This document shows, in pieces, positions 35,932-46,095 of a DNA stretch of 64,000 nt. A program made the translations under genes and the position numbers. Source of the DNA: Candidatus Hodarchaeaceae archaeon (GTDB lineage: Archaea; Hadarchaeota; Hadarchaeia; Hadarchaeales; Hadarchaeaceae); contig JASEGJ010000001.1 of NCBI GenBank assembly GCA_030018135.1, positions 64,001 through 128,000 of the forward strand, in the 5' to 3' direction. Within the stretch, counting starts at the first letter, position 1. Every line of letters begins with the position of its first letter. The notes below the pieces were generated by a model that saw nothing but the letters and a program-made list of their open reading frames with translations, was not told the DNA's origin and did no database searches.

Positions 35932-36468
35932 TTAAGGTTTTGCCACCATGACTTCCGTGGCTTTTATAACGGCCTCGACGCGGTCGCCTGTCTTGAGCTC
36001 TAGCGCTTCGGCGGCCTCCCTAGTTATGTAAGCAGTTAGTACCGCCGGCCTAACCGCAATTTTTACCTTCGCTCCAATCTCGCCCAGCTCGACCGCCTCG
36101 ATCACGCCTTTAAGCCGGTTCCTGGCGGACAACTTCATGGAAATACCCTCCCAAAAGGTTTTTTCCCGCACGATCTCCTCGAGCGCTTCGTCAATCAGCC
36201 TATAATCCTTCACCAACGCCTGTCCCTGCCCAGTCAAACGCATGCCCCCACCGCGCTTGCCTCCGCGAACCGCTTCCACGACCTTGAGGCCCAGCTTTTG
36301 TTCCAGCTTGCGGATGACGCCCCACGCGTGGCGGTATGACATCCCCAGCCTGTGGGCTGCGCGGTTCAGCGATTTCTCCTCCTCGATGGCGAGCAGGAGT
36401 TCCGCCCTCCCCCCGCCAATAATCGGCTCCTCCCCGCTTTGAATCCAAAGCTTTACCTTTGGCTTCAG
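35932..36468 (-). CDS. modE: ModE-like regulator (wHTH + TOBE), probable CTG start
   Basis: In-frame LKPKVKLWI..IIGGGRAELL..SLNRAAHRLGMSYRHAW, RGGKRGGG, SARNRLKG, IKATEV. Confidence 0.85.
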   Translation of the reverse strand: MKPKVKLWIQSGEEPIIGGGRAELLLAIEEEKSLNRAAHRLGMSYRHAWGVIRKLEQKLGLKVVEAVRGGKRGGGMRLTGQGQALVKDYRLIDEALEEIVREKTFWEGISMKLSARNRLKGVIEAVELGEIGAKVKIAVRPAVLTAYITREAAEALELKTGDRVEAVIKATEVMVAKP

Positions 36469-36485
36469 CCTGCTCCTGTCGTCCC

Positions 36486-37205
36486 TCAGAGGAACCCCCC
36501 TTCCATCATCCTTTTAATCCTCGCGTCCTCGGGCCGCTTGAGGACCTCCTCCACGGTGCCCTTTGCAATTAAATTGCCATCGAGCAGGTACGCGACACGG
36601 TCTGATAACCTTCCCGCTTGAAATAAGTTATTTGTCGCAAGGACCACAGCGGATTCCCCCCTTATTTTTTTGATCACCTCTTCTATCGCCGCAACGCTTG
36701 CTGGGTCGAGGTTGGCGGTGGGCTCGTCGAGCAGCAAAAGCTCCGGCTCGAGCGTGAGCGCTCGCGCGAGGGCTACGCGCTGTTGCTCGCCCCCCGAAAG
36801 CTTCTTTGCCGGCCTTTCCGCGTGACCCCCCATACCGACAAGGTCTAGCGCCCATCCAACCCTCCGCCTCCTCTCGCCATCCGGTCGCCCCTGAAGCTCA
36901 AGCCCATAAGCCACATTTTTATAAACAGTTGTGTCGAAGAGGGCCGTCCTCTGGAAAACCATCGTGACCTTCCCTCTCAAAACGCCGGCATTGACATCGC
37001 CGATCTTCATCCCTTTGTAAAATATCTCCCCGCTCGTCGGTTTGTCGAGAAAGGCCATCAGTCTAAGCAGGGTCGTCTTCCCGGAGCCGTTTGGCCCGAC
37101 GATTGTCAGCGCTTCTCCCTCGCGGACATCTAAGTCTACCCCCTTGAGTGCAGATATTCCATCGTACTTCTTGACGACGCCCCTGAGTTCTTCCAAGGTT
37201 GCCAT
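36486..37205 (-). CDS. tupC: Tungstate ABC transporter ATPase
   Basis: GPNGSGKT, LSGGEQQR, LDEPTANLD; operon context. Confidence 0.85.
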   Translation of the reverse strand: MATLEELRGVVKKYDGISALKGVDLDVREGEALTIVGPNGSGKTTLLRLMAFLDKPTSGEIFYKGMKIGDVNAGVLRGKVTMVFQRTALFDTTVYKNVAYGLELQGRPDGERRRRVGWALDLVGMGGHAERPAKKLSGGEQQRVALARALTLEPELLLLDEPTANLDPASVAAIEEVIKKIRGESAVVLATNNLFQAGRLSDRVAYLLDGNLIAKGTVEEVLKRPEDARIKRMMEGGFL

Positions 37206-37844
37206 TTAGTCCCTCCGTAACATATTGACCGCCAGGGTGAGGGCGAAAACTATCGCCATCAAAACGACGGCCAGCCCGATGCATAGCAATATCTCACCCC
37301 TCGCCGTTTCTAGGGCGATCGTCGTGGTCATGACGCGCGTGTAGCCGTATATGTTCCCACCCACCATCATCGCCACACCCAGTTCGGAAATTGCTCGATT
37401 GAATGCGGCGACTACCGCCAGTGTGGCGCCTTTCTTCGCCTCCCTTAAAACTGCGAGGGAGGTTTGCCTCTCGGAGGCACCGAGCGTCCGCGCCAAGTCC
37501 TTGATCTCCGGGTCTACGCCCTCCAACGCGCTCGCCATGAAGCTCACGATAATCGGTGTTATCAGGATCGCCTGCCCGATAATCATCGCCGCTGGAGTGT
37601 ACAAAAGGCCCAAGGGGCCGAGCGGGCCTTTCCTCGCAAATAACATGAATAGGATGAGGCCAAGCGCCACCGTCGGGATGCCCAAAAGGGCGTTAAACAT
37701 CGCCCTCAGTACGCGCCTACCCACGAAGTCCCGCAGGCCGATGACCGCGGCCAACGGCAGCCCCCAGAGTACCGCCAACAAAGTCGCAGTGCCTGAAATC
37801 CAGAGCGATCGAAGGACGATGTCGAGCAACATCCCCTCACCCAT
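37206..37844 (-). CDS. tupB: Tungstate ABC transporter permease
   Basis: GIPTVALGL, GPLGPLGLLYTP, RAISELG..MMVGGNI..TRVMTT. Confidence 0.9.
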   Translation of the reverse strand: MGEGMLLDIVLRSLWISGTATLLAVLWGLPLAAVIGLRDFVGRRVLRAMFNALLGIPTVALGLILFMLFARKGPLGPLGLLYTPAAMIIGQAILITPIIVSFMASALEGVDPEIKDLARTLGASERQTSLAVLREAKKGATLAVVAAFNRAISELGVAMMVGGNIYGYTRVMTTTIALETARGEILLCIGLAVVLMAIVFALTLAVNMLRRD

Positions 37845-38805
37845 AAAGCTCCTCGTGCCCACCCCTGTAGATCGGTGGACATTCGGTATTTTCAAAAAAC
37901 GCGTACTCCCTGATCCAGCCAGCGATCTGCGCGTCCGCGTTCTCCTTGAGCAATTTCACGGCAGGGTAAAACAACGGTTGTCCGTATTCGTCCTTCCCGT
38001 AATCGCCGATCATCGCCTGGCCTTCGGCAGACACCAGAAATTTTATAAATGCGATCGCGCCCTCAAAATTCAGTTCGGGGTAAGTTTTTTGGCTGACCGC
38101 CATGACGCTGTAGACATTTAACAGTTCCTTCCCTTGTCCGACGAGGACACGGAGATCGATCAATCCTCGGTTTGTGTACTGGAGATAAGTGCCAACGTCA
38201 GCTAAGGTGTATGCCCTCTTCTCGCTCGCCATCCGGAGCGCCGCACCCATACCCACACCAAGTTCGATATGCCAAGGTTCCCGGCGCAACCGGGATACAT
38301 CGAATCCGGCCGCGGTCCAGAGATCCTTTTCCTTTATGTGGGTGCCGGAGTTGTCGCCGCGGGAGATCCAAGTTGTTAAACCAGCTCTCCCGGCCTCGGC
38401 TATTTTTCTAAGCGCCTCGATCGGCGGCAAGTCCTTAATGCCAACCGGATCTTCAAGGGGACCAGTTATTGCGAAGAAATTGTAAGCTATTATTTTTCGA
38501 ACCATGCCCAAGTTATCCTCCATGAACTGAAATTCCGCAGATGGCGCGTGTACCAGCAAAACATCGGCCTCCCCCATCTTGGCTTGATAGATCGCCTGCC
38601 CCGTGCCGACTGGGATTAAAAGGATCTTTGTGTTATACTCCTCTTCGTAATATTTTCCGATGAAATCCAGAAGGCCGGTGTCATACAAGCTTGTTGTAGT
38701 TGCAACTTTTAGCTTCGGTTTTCCCCTCTGCCATAGTTCAACGTACCCGACCGCTGCGATGCTGCATAAAACCAACGCTATTGAAACAAAGGTAATCTTC
38801 TTCAT
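37837..38805 (-). CDS. tupA: Tungstate-binding protein
   Basis: ATTTSLYDTGLL, GTGQA, VHAP, SRGDNSGTH. Confidence 0.92.
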   Translation of the reverse strand: MKKITFVSIALVLCSIAAVGYVELWQRGKPKLKVATTTSLYDTGLLDFIGKYYEEEYNTKILLIPVGTGQAIYQAKMGEADVLLVHAPSAEFQFMEDNLGMVRKIIAYNFFAITGPLEDPVGIKDLPPIEALRKIAEAGRAGLTTWISRGDNSGTHIKEKDLWTAAGFDVSRLRREPWHIELGVGMGAALRMASEKRAYTLADVGTYLQYTNRGLIDLRVLVGQGKELLNVYSVMAVSQKTYPELNFEGAIAFIKFLVSAEGQAMIGDYGKDEYGQPLFYPAVKLLKENADAQIAGWIREYAFFENTECPPIYRGGHEELYG

Positions 38806-38821
38806 GTTCCCCGATATTTAA

Positions 38822-38849
38822 ATCGTTATGTCTTTATAAGCATAACGAT
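38822..38849. promoter_or_regulatory. ModE-type operator overlapping the tupA TATA box
   Basis: ATCGTTATG-N10-CATAACGAT perfect inverted repeat; resembles the bacterial ModE box ATCGNTATATA-N6-TATATANCGAT. Confidence 0.8.
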
Positions 38850-38874
38850 AAACCAGCGCAAATATCCAGATCCC

Positions 38875-39714
38875 CTAAGTCCCGATTCGAACCTTTTCGG
38901 TTAGATTGCGCAGCATCCTAACCGCGGATAGGGCCGCGAGGTAGCTTGTCCTCGGGTTATCCGGCGAGGGTACGTTTCGCGCCTCCGTGACGAACTCTCC
39001 CGCTGTGCCCCGAACCCTGACCTCGTGCACGTTGAGCCTTAGCGATGGATCTGCGACTATCCTCACCTTGGTCTTGTCGAATCCGATCCCCGCCAAGCTC
39101 AAGGTCGCCGCGACGTTGACGCTCTCTGGAAATGCCTTGACCGCCTCTCGCGCTGGCCCCTCGAAGACGACCAGCGGCTCCCGTAGGTTGGTCAGATCCA
39201 AGCCGCGCTCCCGCACGTACGGGCTATAAGTCAAGACGGAGGGAGGTTTTCGCGTCGTCAAAATTGCCTCGTTGATGCCCTCGAGCTGTGCCGCCTTAAC
39301 GCCGTCTATGCCCAAGATCGCCCCAGAGGGTACGTGGACCGAGCGCCCAGTTCGTTCGGTGACTTCCCGAACGCCCCTGAGCAGTTCTTCATCCCCAAAT
39401 GCGCCAACACTCATCACCATAAGGTCCTTGCCCGACCTTATGACATCGAGCGCATACTGGGCAACCGCCCCCTGCGAGGCCGCCTCGATGACCAGATCGA
39501 CGGACCCATCGGCACATATCTCGGCTAGGCCCTTTGCTATTCTCGGCCTCGAGCGCAACTTTTCGGAAAGTGCCTTAGATTTCTCAGGCTTCAGGTCGTA
39601 CAGCCAAGCTAGTTCCACCTCGCCAGCCCTGCCACTGTCGATGGCCCTTGCCAGTACCGTGCCTATCGCGCCGCAACCGATAAGCGCAGCCCTCAAGCTT
39701 AACGCCCAAACCAT
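38875..39714 (-). CDS. nadX: L-aspartate dehydrogenase
   Basis: IGCGAIG, EAASQ, SGAILGID, FPESVNVA, NPRTS. Confidence 0.93.
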   Translation of the reverse strand: MVWALSLRAALIGCGAIGTVLARAIDSGRAGEVELAWLYDLKPEKSKALSEKLRSRPRIAKGLAEICADGSVDLVIEAASQGAVAQYALDVIRSGKDLMVMSVGAFGDEELLRGVREVTERTGRSVHVPSGAILGIDGVKAAQLEGINEAILTTRKPPSVLTYSPYVRERGLDLTNLREPLVVFEGPAREAVKAFPESVNVAATLSLAGIGFDKTKVRIVADPSLRLNVHEVRVRGTAGEFVTEARNVPSPDNPRTSYLAALSAVRMLRNLTEKVRIGT

Positions 39715-39769
39715 TTTATGAAGCCTAAAAGTTAAGTTAACTTTTCCCTTGTGGTAGCTTTCGGATTCG

Positions 39770-41244
39770 TTACTCAGATGGATTCTCGCCCTGCTCCATC
39801 AACTGTATGTATGGCTTCAACTTCCTCTCCATCAGCCTGATTATAAAGCCCTTTATCAGAAATCCCTGCAGGGGGTTCTTTCTGAAGTGGTCGCGCGCGA
39901 GCTCGGTGACCCACCTGAAATCGTGCTTCATGCACGCCGCGAGCAACATCCAGTGCTCCGGCAGCATGTCCTTCGCCCTAAAAAATCTCTCCCCTTGCAT
40001 GGTCCCTATGGGGACAAAAAACAGCGGGACGATCAGGGATTTATATTCCCTGAGGCTTTCCACTAGCTCTATGGTTTCGACTACATCACTTGCTGTTTCG
40101 TCGGGAAACCCCATGATGAGCGTTGAACACGGGACCCAGTGGTTCTCCCTTAGCAATTTATGGGCTTCCAGCACGAGTTCCGGCCATTCCTGAGGCCTGA
40201 AGGGCGCCGCCTTGCCCCGCATGTATTTTTCCGCAATCCTCCGGGATCCCGTCTCTATCCCAACCTGCCCCGAGACCCAAGGTTTCTGCTTCGAGCCGAG
40301 ATTCAGCAGCTCGGAGAGGTCCCTTATTAGGTTCGGTTTTGCCATCGCGGAGGCAAAGGCGAAGTGGGAAAAGCTAACATCCTTCTCCAGCCTTGAGACT
40401 CCCGCGAACAATTTTCAGCACCTTCCTTTCATCGGGGATCGCACCCCTAGCCCCATACCTCAGAACATCCTCGGCATGCAGCAATACGCCGAGTCCAGCA
40501 GCGACGTTTACTTTTACTTCTTCCAATATCCTCTCGATCGGCCTACACCTGAAGTTCAATAGCGTCGGGTTGCAGAATTTACAGCCCCTCCCGCAACCCC
40601 TAGCGATCTCGACGAGGCCGTTGATCGTCGGATTCCTTATTGATGGGATTTGGTCCAGGGGAACGACTTCCCCTTGGACGATCCTCGGAAGCTCGTCGCC
40701 GTTTAATGCTTTTTCGAAAACCTTAACCGCGGTTATCTCGCCCTCCCCCACGACGACGCAATCGATGTCAAATTTCGCGATTATCCTCTCGTCTGCCAGT
40801 TGCCAAGCTCCGGGTCCTCCCACAATGACCTTTAATTTATTTTTTCTGATCACCGGATCCGTAATCAACTTCCTGAAATAAATCGCGGAGTATGTCTCCC
40901 TCCCCGTTAAATCGGCGAAAGTGGTGGATGCGGGGCCTAGCCCGAGAGGGTCATTCGTCGTAATGCCAATGGCCTTCGTTTTCCCGTTTATGACTTTATC
41001 AAGGTGCTCGGGATGCGCGACGGCAACGTCAAAGTCCTTCTCCAATAAGGCTGCCTCTATCTTTCTGGTCCCGGTCGGTGCGCAGGTCGCCTCCCCATTT
41101 TTTTTGAGGAATTGGCGGGCTGAATATGAGCTTGTAAACCCACCCGGGCACGATTTTTGGGGAACAAGCGGCGAAGCCCAAGAACTCGCTCCCGCCATAA
41201 TCAGACAGGAGAGCGCGATCTGCGGTTAAAACTATCTCGGTCAC
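39770..41244 (-). pseudogene. B12-binding radical SAM protein, two frameshifts (~41100 in an A8 run, ~40410)
   Basis: IVLTADR N-terminus, RGCGRGCKFC motif and C-terminus lie in three different ORFs. Confidence 0.8.
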
Positions 41245-41318
41245 GGTCCCGCCTCTCAAATTTATATGCAAAAAAATTTACATAAGGGCCCACAGGAAGG
41301 GGCATCCTAGAGTTACTC

Positions 41319-41570
41319 ATGAGGACAAGGGAAAAACTTTCGGTTAGCGAAATAACCGCGTGCATCAATAGGTCAGAGAGAGCCGTCAGAGCCCACCTAA
41401 AAAGTCTTTTCAACTTGGGCCTCGTGTGCAGGGAGGGCAGCGCCACTAAGCACGGAAAGATCGCCCATCGATACTTTGTGCCCAAAACCAAGGACATGAT
41501 AAAATCTGCGAGGAAGGAGATGCTCAAGCGCCTGCGCAACTTGGAAAAATTGGTGAGGGGCGCGAAGTGA
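41319..41570 (+). CDS. HTH transcriptional regulator (possibly N-terminally frameshifted)
   Basis: LSVSEIT..INRSERAVRAHLKSL..LGLV. Confidence 0.65.
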   Translation: MRTREKLSVSEITACINRSERAVRAHLKSLFNLGLVCREGSATKHGKIAHRYFVPKTKDMIKSARKEMLKRLRNLEKLVRGAK

Positions 41571-41588
41571 GATCAAGAGCGATCAGCT

Positions 41589-43877
41589 ATGAACCCCATA
41601 GACAAAATTGCTAAACTTTGCGAAAGGAGGCCCCATCTCGTCATCGCTACCGTGGCAATTGTCACTTTGCTCCTCCTTCCGGGAATCCCAAAAATTACCA
41701 CCGAAACTAAAATGGAAACGTTCATACCCAAAGACTATCCATCGATAATGGCCCTTTCCGATGTGGAGAAAACATTTGGCGGGATGCGATACGAATCCAT
41801 CTTGGTTGAGACAAAAAATGGCAAGGTAACAGATGCCGGTGCCATAAAATCGCTACTTGGCCTGCAACGAAAAATCCTTGTAGAACCCGCTTTGAAAGGG
41901 TATGCTGTCGAAGTCGAAAGCTATCTAAATTATCTTTTCCCATATATCATGGAAGATAACCAGCTACTGCCCGATGATGAACTTGAGCTGGCCGTGCAAT
42001 CCTTTCTTTCCGGGCCGAGCGGCGCAAGTGTGGTCGGTCGATGGATAACCCCAGATCAAAAAATCTGCTTAATGAATGTAAACGTGGGGGCACACCTAAA
42101 ATCGCGCGAAGCTGTGGAGAAAACTCAGTATTTTGAGAACTTGGTCAAAAGCTACGCGGCTGAGCATGGGATTTTTGATGCATCTATTACGGGCGGGTAC
42201 TCGACCTCCAGAGATATGCAAAAAATTATCGAAGAGGACAACCGAGTCTTGTTGCCCGCTGCTGTGGCAATGATCATCGCAATTTTGGCGTTAGCATTTC
42301 GTCGCGTTACCGATGTCGTTTTACCGTTTGTAGTCATTGCCCTAGCGGCGATATGAGTCCTCGGTATGATGGGCCATTTAGGCATCGTATTCACGACCGT
42401 AGCCGTCGCGGTCCTCCCCCTCTTAATGGGGATAAGCATTGCCTACACTATACACATCATCAGCCGCTACAACGAGGAGAGGTCGAATGGTAAAAATGCG
42501 GGCGAGGCCGCCGTATCGAGCATAAAGAACATGGGCACTGCCGTATTCCTAACGGCTGCGACGACCGCCATAGGCTTTGCCTCCTGGCTTATCTCGGACC
42601 TGCCGCCGCTCCGCGATTTCGGCCTGCTCTGCATGTTGGGTATAATGTTCAGCTTTGCCCTCACCGTAACGCTACTGCCGGCGTTTTTGGTCATTCGAGA
42701 CGGGAAAAAAGGGACCAAGAAAACCAAGGGGACGCAAAGGCTGGGCAGGTCGGCGCTGGACAGGGGATTAGTGAGGATCGCGACAATGACCAAACTTCAC
42801 CCCAAGGGGGTTGTCGCAGTAGCTGGCGCGCTCACGGCAGTTGCGCTGGTCCTGACAACTCAAACTACTACTGCCATCTCATTTGAGGAACTCCTGCCAA
42901 GCGGGGTCGAATCAATCAGGACCAGCGATGAAATCAGGCAAAATTTCGGCGGTCAGGATCTCATCATGGTTCTGGTCAGGGGCGACGCGACCGATCCCAA
43001 AGTCCTCGAGACGATGGTATGGCTGGAACAGCATGTTCGCTTGGATAACAGAAATGTTAAAGGCGAGAGGGTTTACATAACGCGCGCGTACAGCGTTGCC
43101 GACATGGTGTTGATGGCCAGCGCAGGCGCCATACCGCGGACCTCGCAGGAGGTGGCAGCGATCCTTGAAAACCTCAGGCACCAAACACCCCACGTCGACA
43201 GGCTCGTGACCTCCGATAATAACAAAACCATCGCGCTGTTCCACTGCGACGCCCGAAGCGATGCGGAGCTTAAGCTCACCGCCGACATCGTCAGAGATTG
43301 GATCGGCCAGTTGCCTGATAACAGAGCCGAATTCGTGGCCACCGGGACGCCAGTCGTGGCCGCGGATCTGCTCTCGAAAATACCGCAGGATGCCCTTAAC
43401 ACCACTATGATGGCGCTCGCCCTATGCGCGGTGGTGCTGTGCATCGTGTTTAAGAGCATTGGAATGGGCTTAATTGCCATGGTGCCGATGGGTTTGGCAC
43501 TGACGTGGCAGTTCGGCACATTTTACCTGCTCGATGTCCCCCTTAACGTGATCACGGTGCTGATCTCCGCTCTCCTCGTAGGCATCGGCATAGACTTCTC
43601 AATCCATACTACCCACCGCTATCTGGAGGGGGTGAGAGATCGCCAGCTTAAACCGGAGGGGGCTGTGCACGCTACCGTGCTCCACGTTGGCAGGGCGCTC
43701 CTAGCAGCTGCTGCGACCACCTGCGGTGCCTTCGGTTTGCTTGCGCTCTCGAGGGTGCCAATAATGAGACCTTCGGCAGCATGACAGCGCTCGCGATACT
43801 CTACTGCATGCTCGCGGCGCTGCTGGTTTTGCCCTCGCTACTTGTCGCCTATGCGGGACGGAGGATGGTTAACTAAT
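41589..43877 (+). pseudogene. RND/MMPL-family transporter with in-frame TGA (42354..42356) and frameshift ~43770
   Basis: Two 6-TM repeats, GIGIDFSIH; last TM continues in another frame (TFGSMTALAILYC...). Confidence 0.8.
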
Positions 43878-44165
43878 AGAATGGAAGCAAAGTAATCGGC
43901 GATGCTATTAAGAAGATCAAGAGTGCTCCCATAACTACCATGGCCACTCGTATGGACTTTTCTATATTCTTGTTCACTATCCCGCCACATATCAACATGC
44001 CAACGAGAAATACTGTGCCCAGATCGCTAAATACCGTGGACGCCTTCCAAGCTGTTTCCCCTGCCCCCAAATAGAGAAATCAACCTGCCTATCCATAGCA
44101 AAAATATGCCAAATACTGCGCCTACAGCAATGGCTGTTTCAGAGAACGTCGTTGCAACCATCATT
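43873..44165 (-). pseudogene. Small membrane protein split by a frameshift ~44065
   Basis: Two overlapping hydrophobic ORFs. Confidence 0.45.
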
Positions 44166-44328
44166 GAAATTAGCGAGGGCGCCTGTTGCACCTTCGGCTC
44201 ACGTCTTCTTTCCACATTTTCAACCCCAAGACTTGATACTTAAACAGTAAAAAGATGGGTATAAATCCTTTGGAGCTTCGGACAAGTGCCCTACGCCTTA
44301 TCCTTTCGCGAGTTTTCCTGATTTTTAC

Positions 44329-44451
44329 TGGTGGGGTCGCTGGGATTCGAACCCAGGTCCCTGGCTTTTTTGCCCGACCTTGTCCCATTTGGCAGACCAT
44401 TGAGAACTTGATCTTAAGCCAGAAGGATAGGCCAAGCTACCCCACGACCCC
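44329..44451 (-). tRNA. tRNA-Pro(TGG) with two introns: 44388..44415 (33/34) and 44367..44383 (37/38)
   Basis: UGGC UU^A..GCCA AA^U then UUUG GG^A..CAAA AA^A; Pro-type GGGGTCGTGGGGTAG 5' end; CCA encoded. Confidence 0.9.
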
Positions 44452-44482
44452 AAAAAAACAGGTGATAAAAAGGATAAAAATT

Positions 44483-44797
44483 CTATGGGGGCCTTGAAAT
44501 CCTCGCCAAGGGGCCACGCTTGTCGGCGCGCTTGAAGCCATAGCGTTCGTACCGAGCGACTCGTCCCTCGAAAACTTCCGCGACGACCTCGAAGCCCTTG
44601 AAATCGACCAAGATTCGTTCGAGGAGGGCGCTTCCTATCCCCCTGCCCCTCTCGCCGTTGCTCACGTTGATGCTGCGCAGTAGCGCGGTCCCGTTAGGCC
44701 GAAGCGCTACGGTGGCACCAGCTATCACTTTGCTACCGTACTCGTCCCATAGGATGTATTGACACATGCCCCCAGAGTCCATGCGCTCAATTCGCAT
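44483..44797 (-). CDS. GNAT-family acetyltransferase
   Basis: ERGRGIGSALL, YERYGF. Confidence 0.75.
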   Translation of the reverse strand: MRIERMDSGGMCQYILWDEYGSKVIAGATVALRPNGTALLRSINVSNGERGRGIGSALLERILVDFKGFEVVAEVFEGRVARYERYGFKRADKRGPLARISRPP

Positions 44798-44873
44798 TTG
44801 GGTTCCCCATTCTAATTGCGAGGCGTCCTATAAACTTTTAGCCGCCAAGCAATGAACTGCCCTGAGGAATTGC

Positions 44874-45476
44874 ATGGGGAGGCTTAGGCACATAGCGATC
44901 GAACTCAGGGATCACGCGCCTTTTACGGCGTTCGGGGCTTCGTCGGGCGCAGCCATAGCGGGCGCGATGTACTTACCTCGCGCGGAGACCATGATCGACC
45001 TGTCCTGGAAAGCATTTCACATCTTCCACCCACTCCACTTGCTGTTGAGCGCGATTGTGACGGCGGCGATGTTTAGGCGTCACGGGGGCGGGATCTTAAG
45101 CGCCGTGAGCATTGGTGCTGCCGGCTCCGTGGGGATATGTATGATGAGCGATGTGGTCATTCCGTACCTGGGGGGCTCGTTGTTGGGCGTGGAGATGACG
45201 CTGCACATCGACCTATTGGAGCACCCGCAATTCGTCGTCGTCCCAATCTTGGCAGGTGCGGCAATCGGCGCAGCTACGAGGCTCTGGACCAGGTGTCCTC
45301 ATGCTGCGCACGTGATGATAAGCACCCTGGCATCGCTCTTCTATCTCACCGCCTTTGGGGTGGCGGATTGGATCCCCAAGCTCCCATTTGTGTTTGTGTT
45401 GCTGTTCGTGGCGGTTTGGTTGCCGTGTTGCACGAGCGACATAGTCTTCCCCCTTTCATTCGCGAAGAGGTTTTGA
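44874..45476 (+). CDS. His/Cys-containing membrane protein
   Basis: Multiple TM; HAPFT, FHIFHPLH, PCCTSDIVFP. Confidence 0.7.
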   Translation: MGRLRHIAIELRDHAPFTAFGASSGAAIAGAMYLPRAETMIDLSWKAFHIFHPLHLLLSAIVTAAMFRRHGGGILSAVSIGAAGSVGICMMSDVVIPYLGGSLLGVEMTLHIDLLEHPQFVVVPILAGAAIGAATRLWTRCPHAAHVMISTLASLFYLTAFGVADWIPKLPFVFVLLFVAVWLPCCTSDIVFPLSFAKRF

Positions 45477-45721
45477 GGGCGCTGCTGAAGGAGGGCCTGC
45501 CAGATGGATGGGGGATAGATGTATCCATCCTCATCGAGACCAAGATGCTGGGCTTCGCGATCAAGGAGATTTTCCTGGGGTCGAAGCAGCACCGCTCCTA
45601 CCTTGATTACGAGAAGGATGTGGGCGAGCTCGGGCGGATGAGCGAACAGGTGGCGGTCGCTATACTGCAGAAGGCGAAGAAGTACGATAGGATCGATAAC
45701 ATGGATGAGATACTCACGTAG
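45473..45721 (+). pseudogene. C-terminal remnant of a GT2/glucosyl-phosphoglycerate synthase-like glycosyltransferase
   Basis: GWGIDVSILIE..IKEIFLGSKQHR..LGRMSEQVAVAIL with no N-terminal domain. Confidence 0.5.
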
Positions 45722-45807
45722 CTTCGGAACTCCATGGCCGGGGTGTTCCCGTGCCACGACTTCGATCCCCAACAGGATGACCGTTACCGTTTCTGAACCG
45801 TGGGCGA

Positions 45808-45915
45808 TGGAGCCCCGGGTGGGCTTTGAACCCACGACCTACTGATCGCTTGCCGCCTGGTTACAAGTTTCGACAGCTCACCTTCAGTCGCTCTACCAGG
45901 CTGAGCTACCGGGGC
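45808..45915 (-). tRNA. tRNA-Thr(TGT) with two introns: 45869..45884 (30/31) and 45847..45861 (37/38)
   Basis: CGAC UG^A..GUCG AA^A; CUUG UA^A..CAAG CG^A; CCA encoded. Confidence 0.9.
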
Positions 45916-46095
45916 CCAAATAATAACTAAATTTTCAAGTTAATTTTCGTTTCCCTCATGCCCTCAAACTGGCGATGCCTCATGCTCACAAATCTACCGT
46001 CCCCCTGGCTCTCAACTTGCCAACAATGAAATTTTTGCACGATCGGCGTGCTATACCGAGCAGCAATAATTGGCGCCAATCGACAAAAGACGGGG

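Noticed and set aside
40395-41110. Hidden BHB introns at the radical SAM frameshifts (also checked at the pLGIC and ~59170 frameshifts)
   Set aside because: These look like small indels, some in homopolymer runs; I saw no extra hairpin sequence.
42354-42356. TGA recoding (Sec/Trp) in the MMPL gene
   Set aside because: TGA is used as a stop throughout the window, the site is in a TM helix, and the gene has a second lesion.
44367-44420. Reading the tRNA as Leu(TAA)
   Set aside because: No long variable arm, Pro-type body, and BHB cuts yield UGG.
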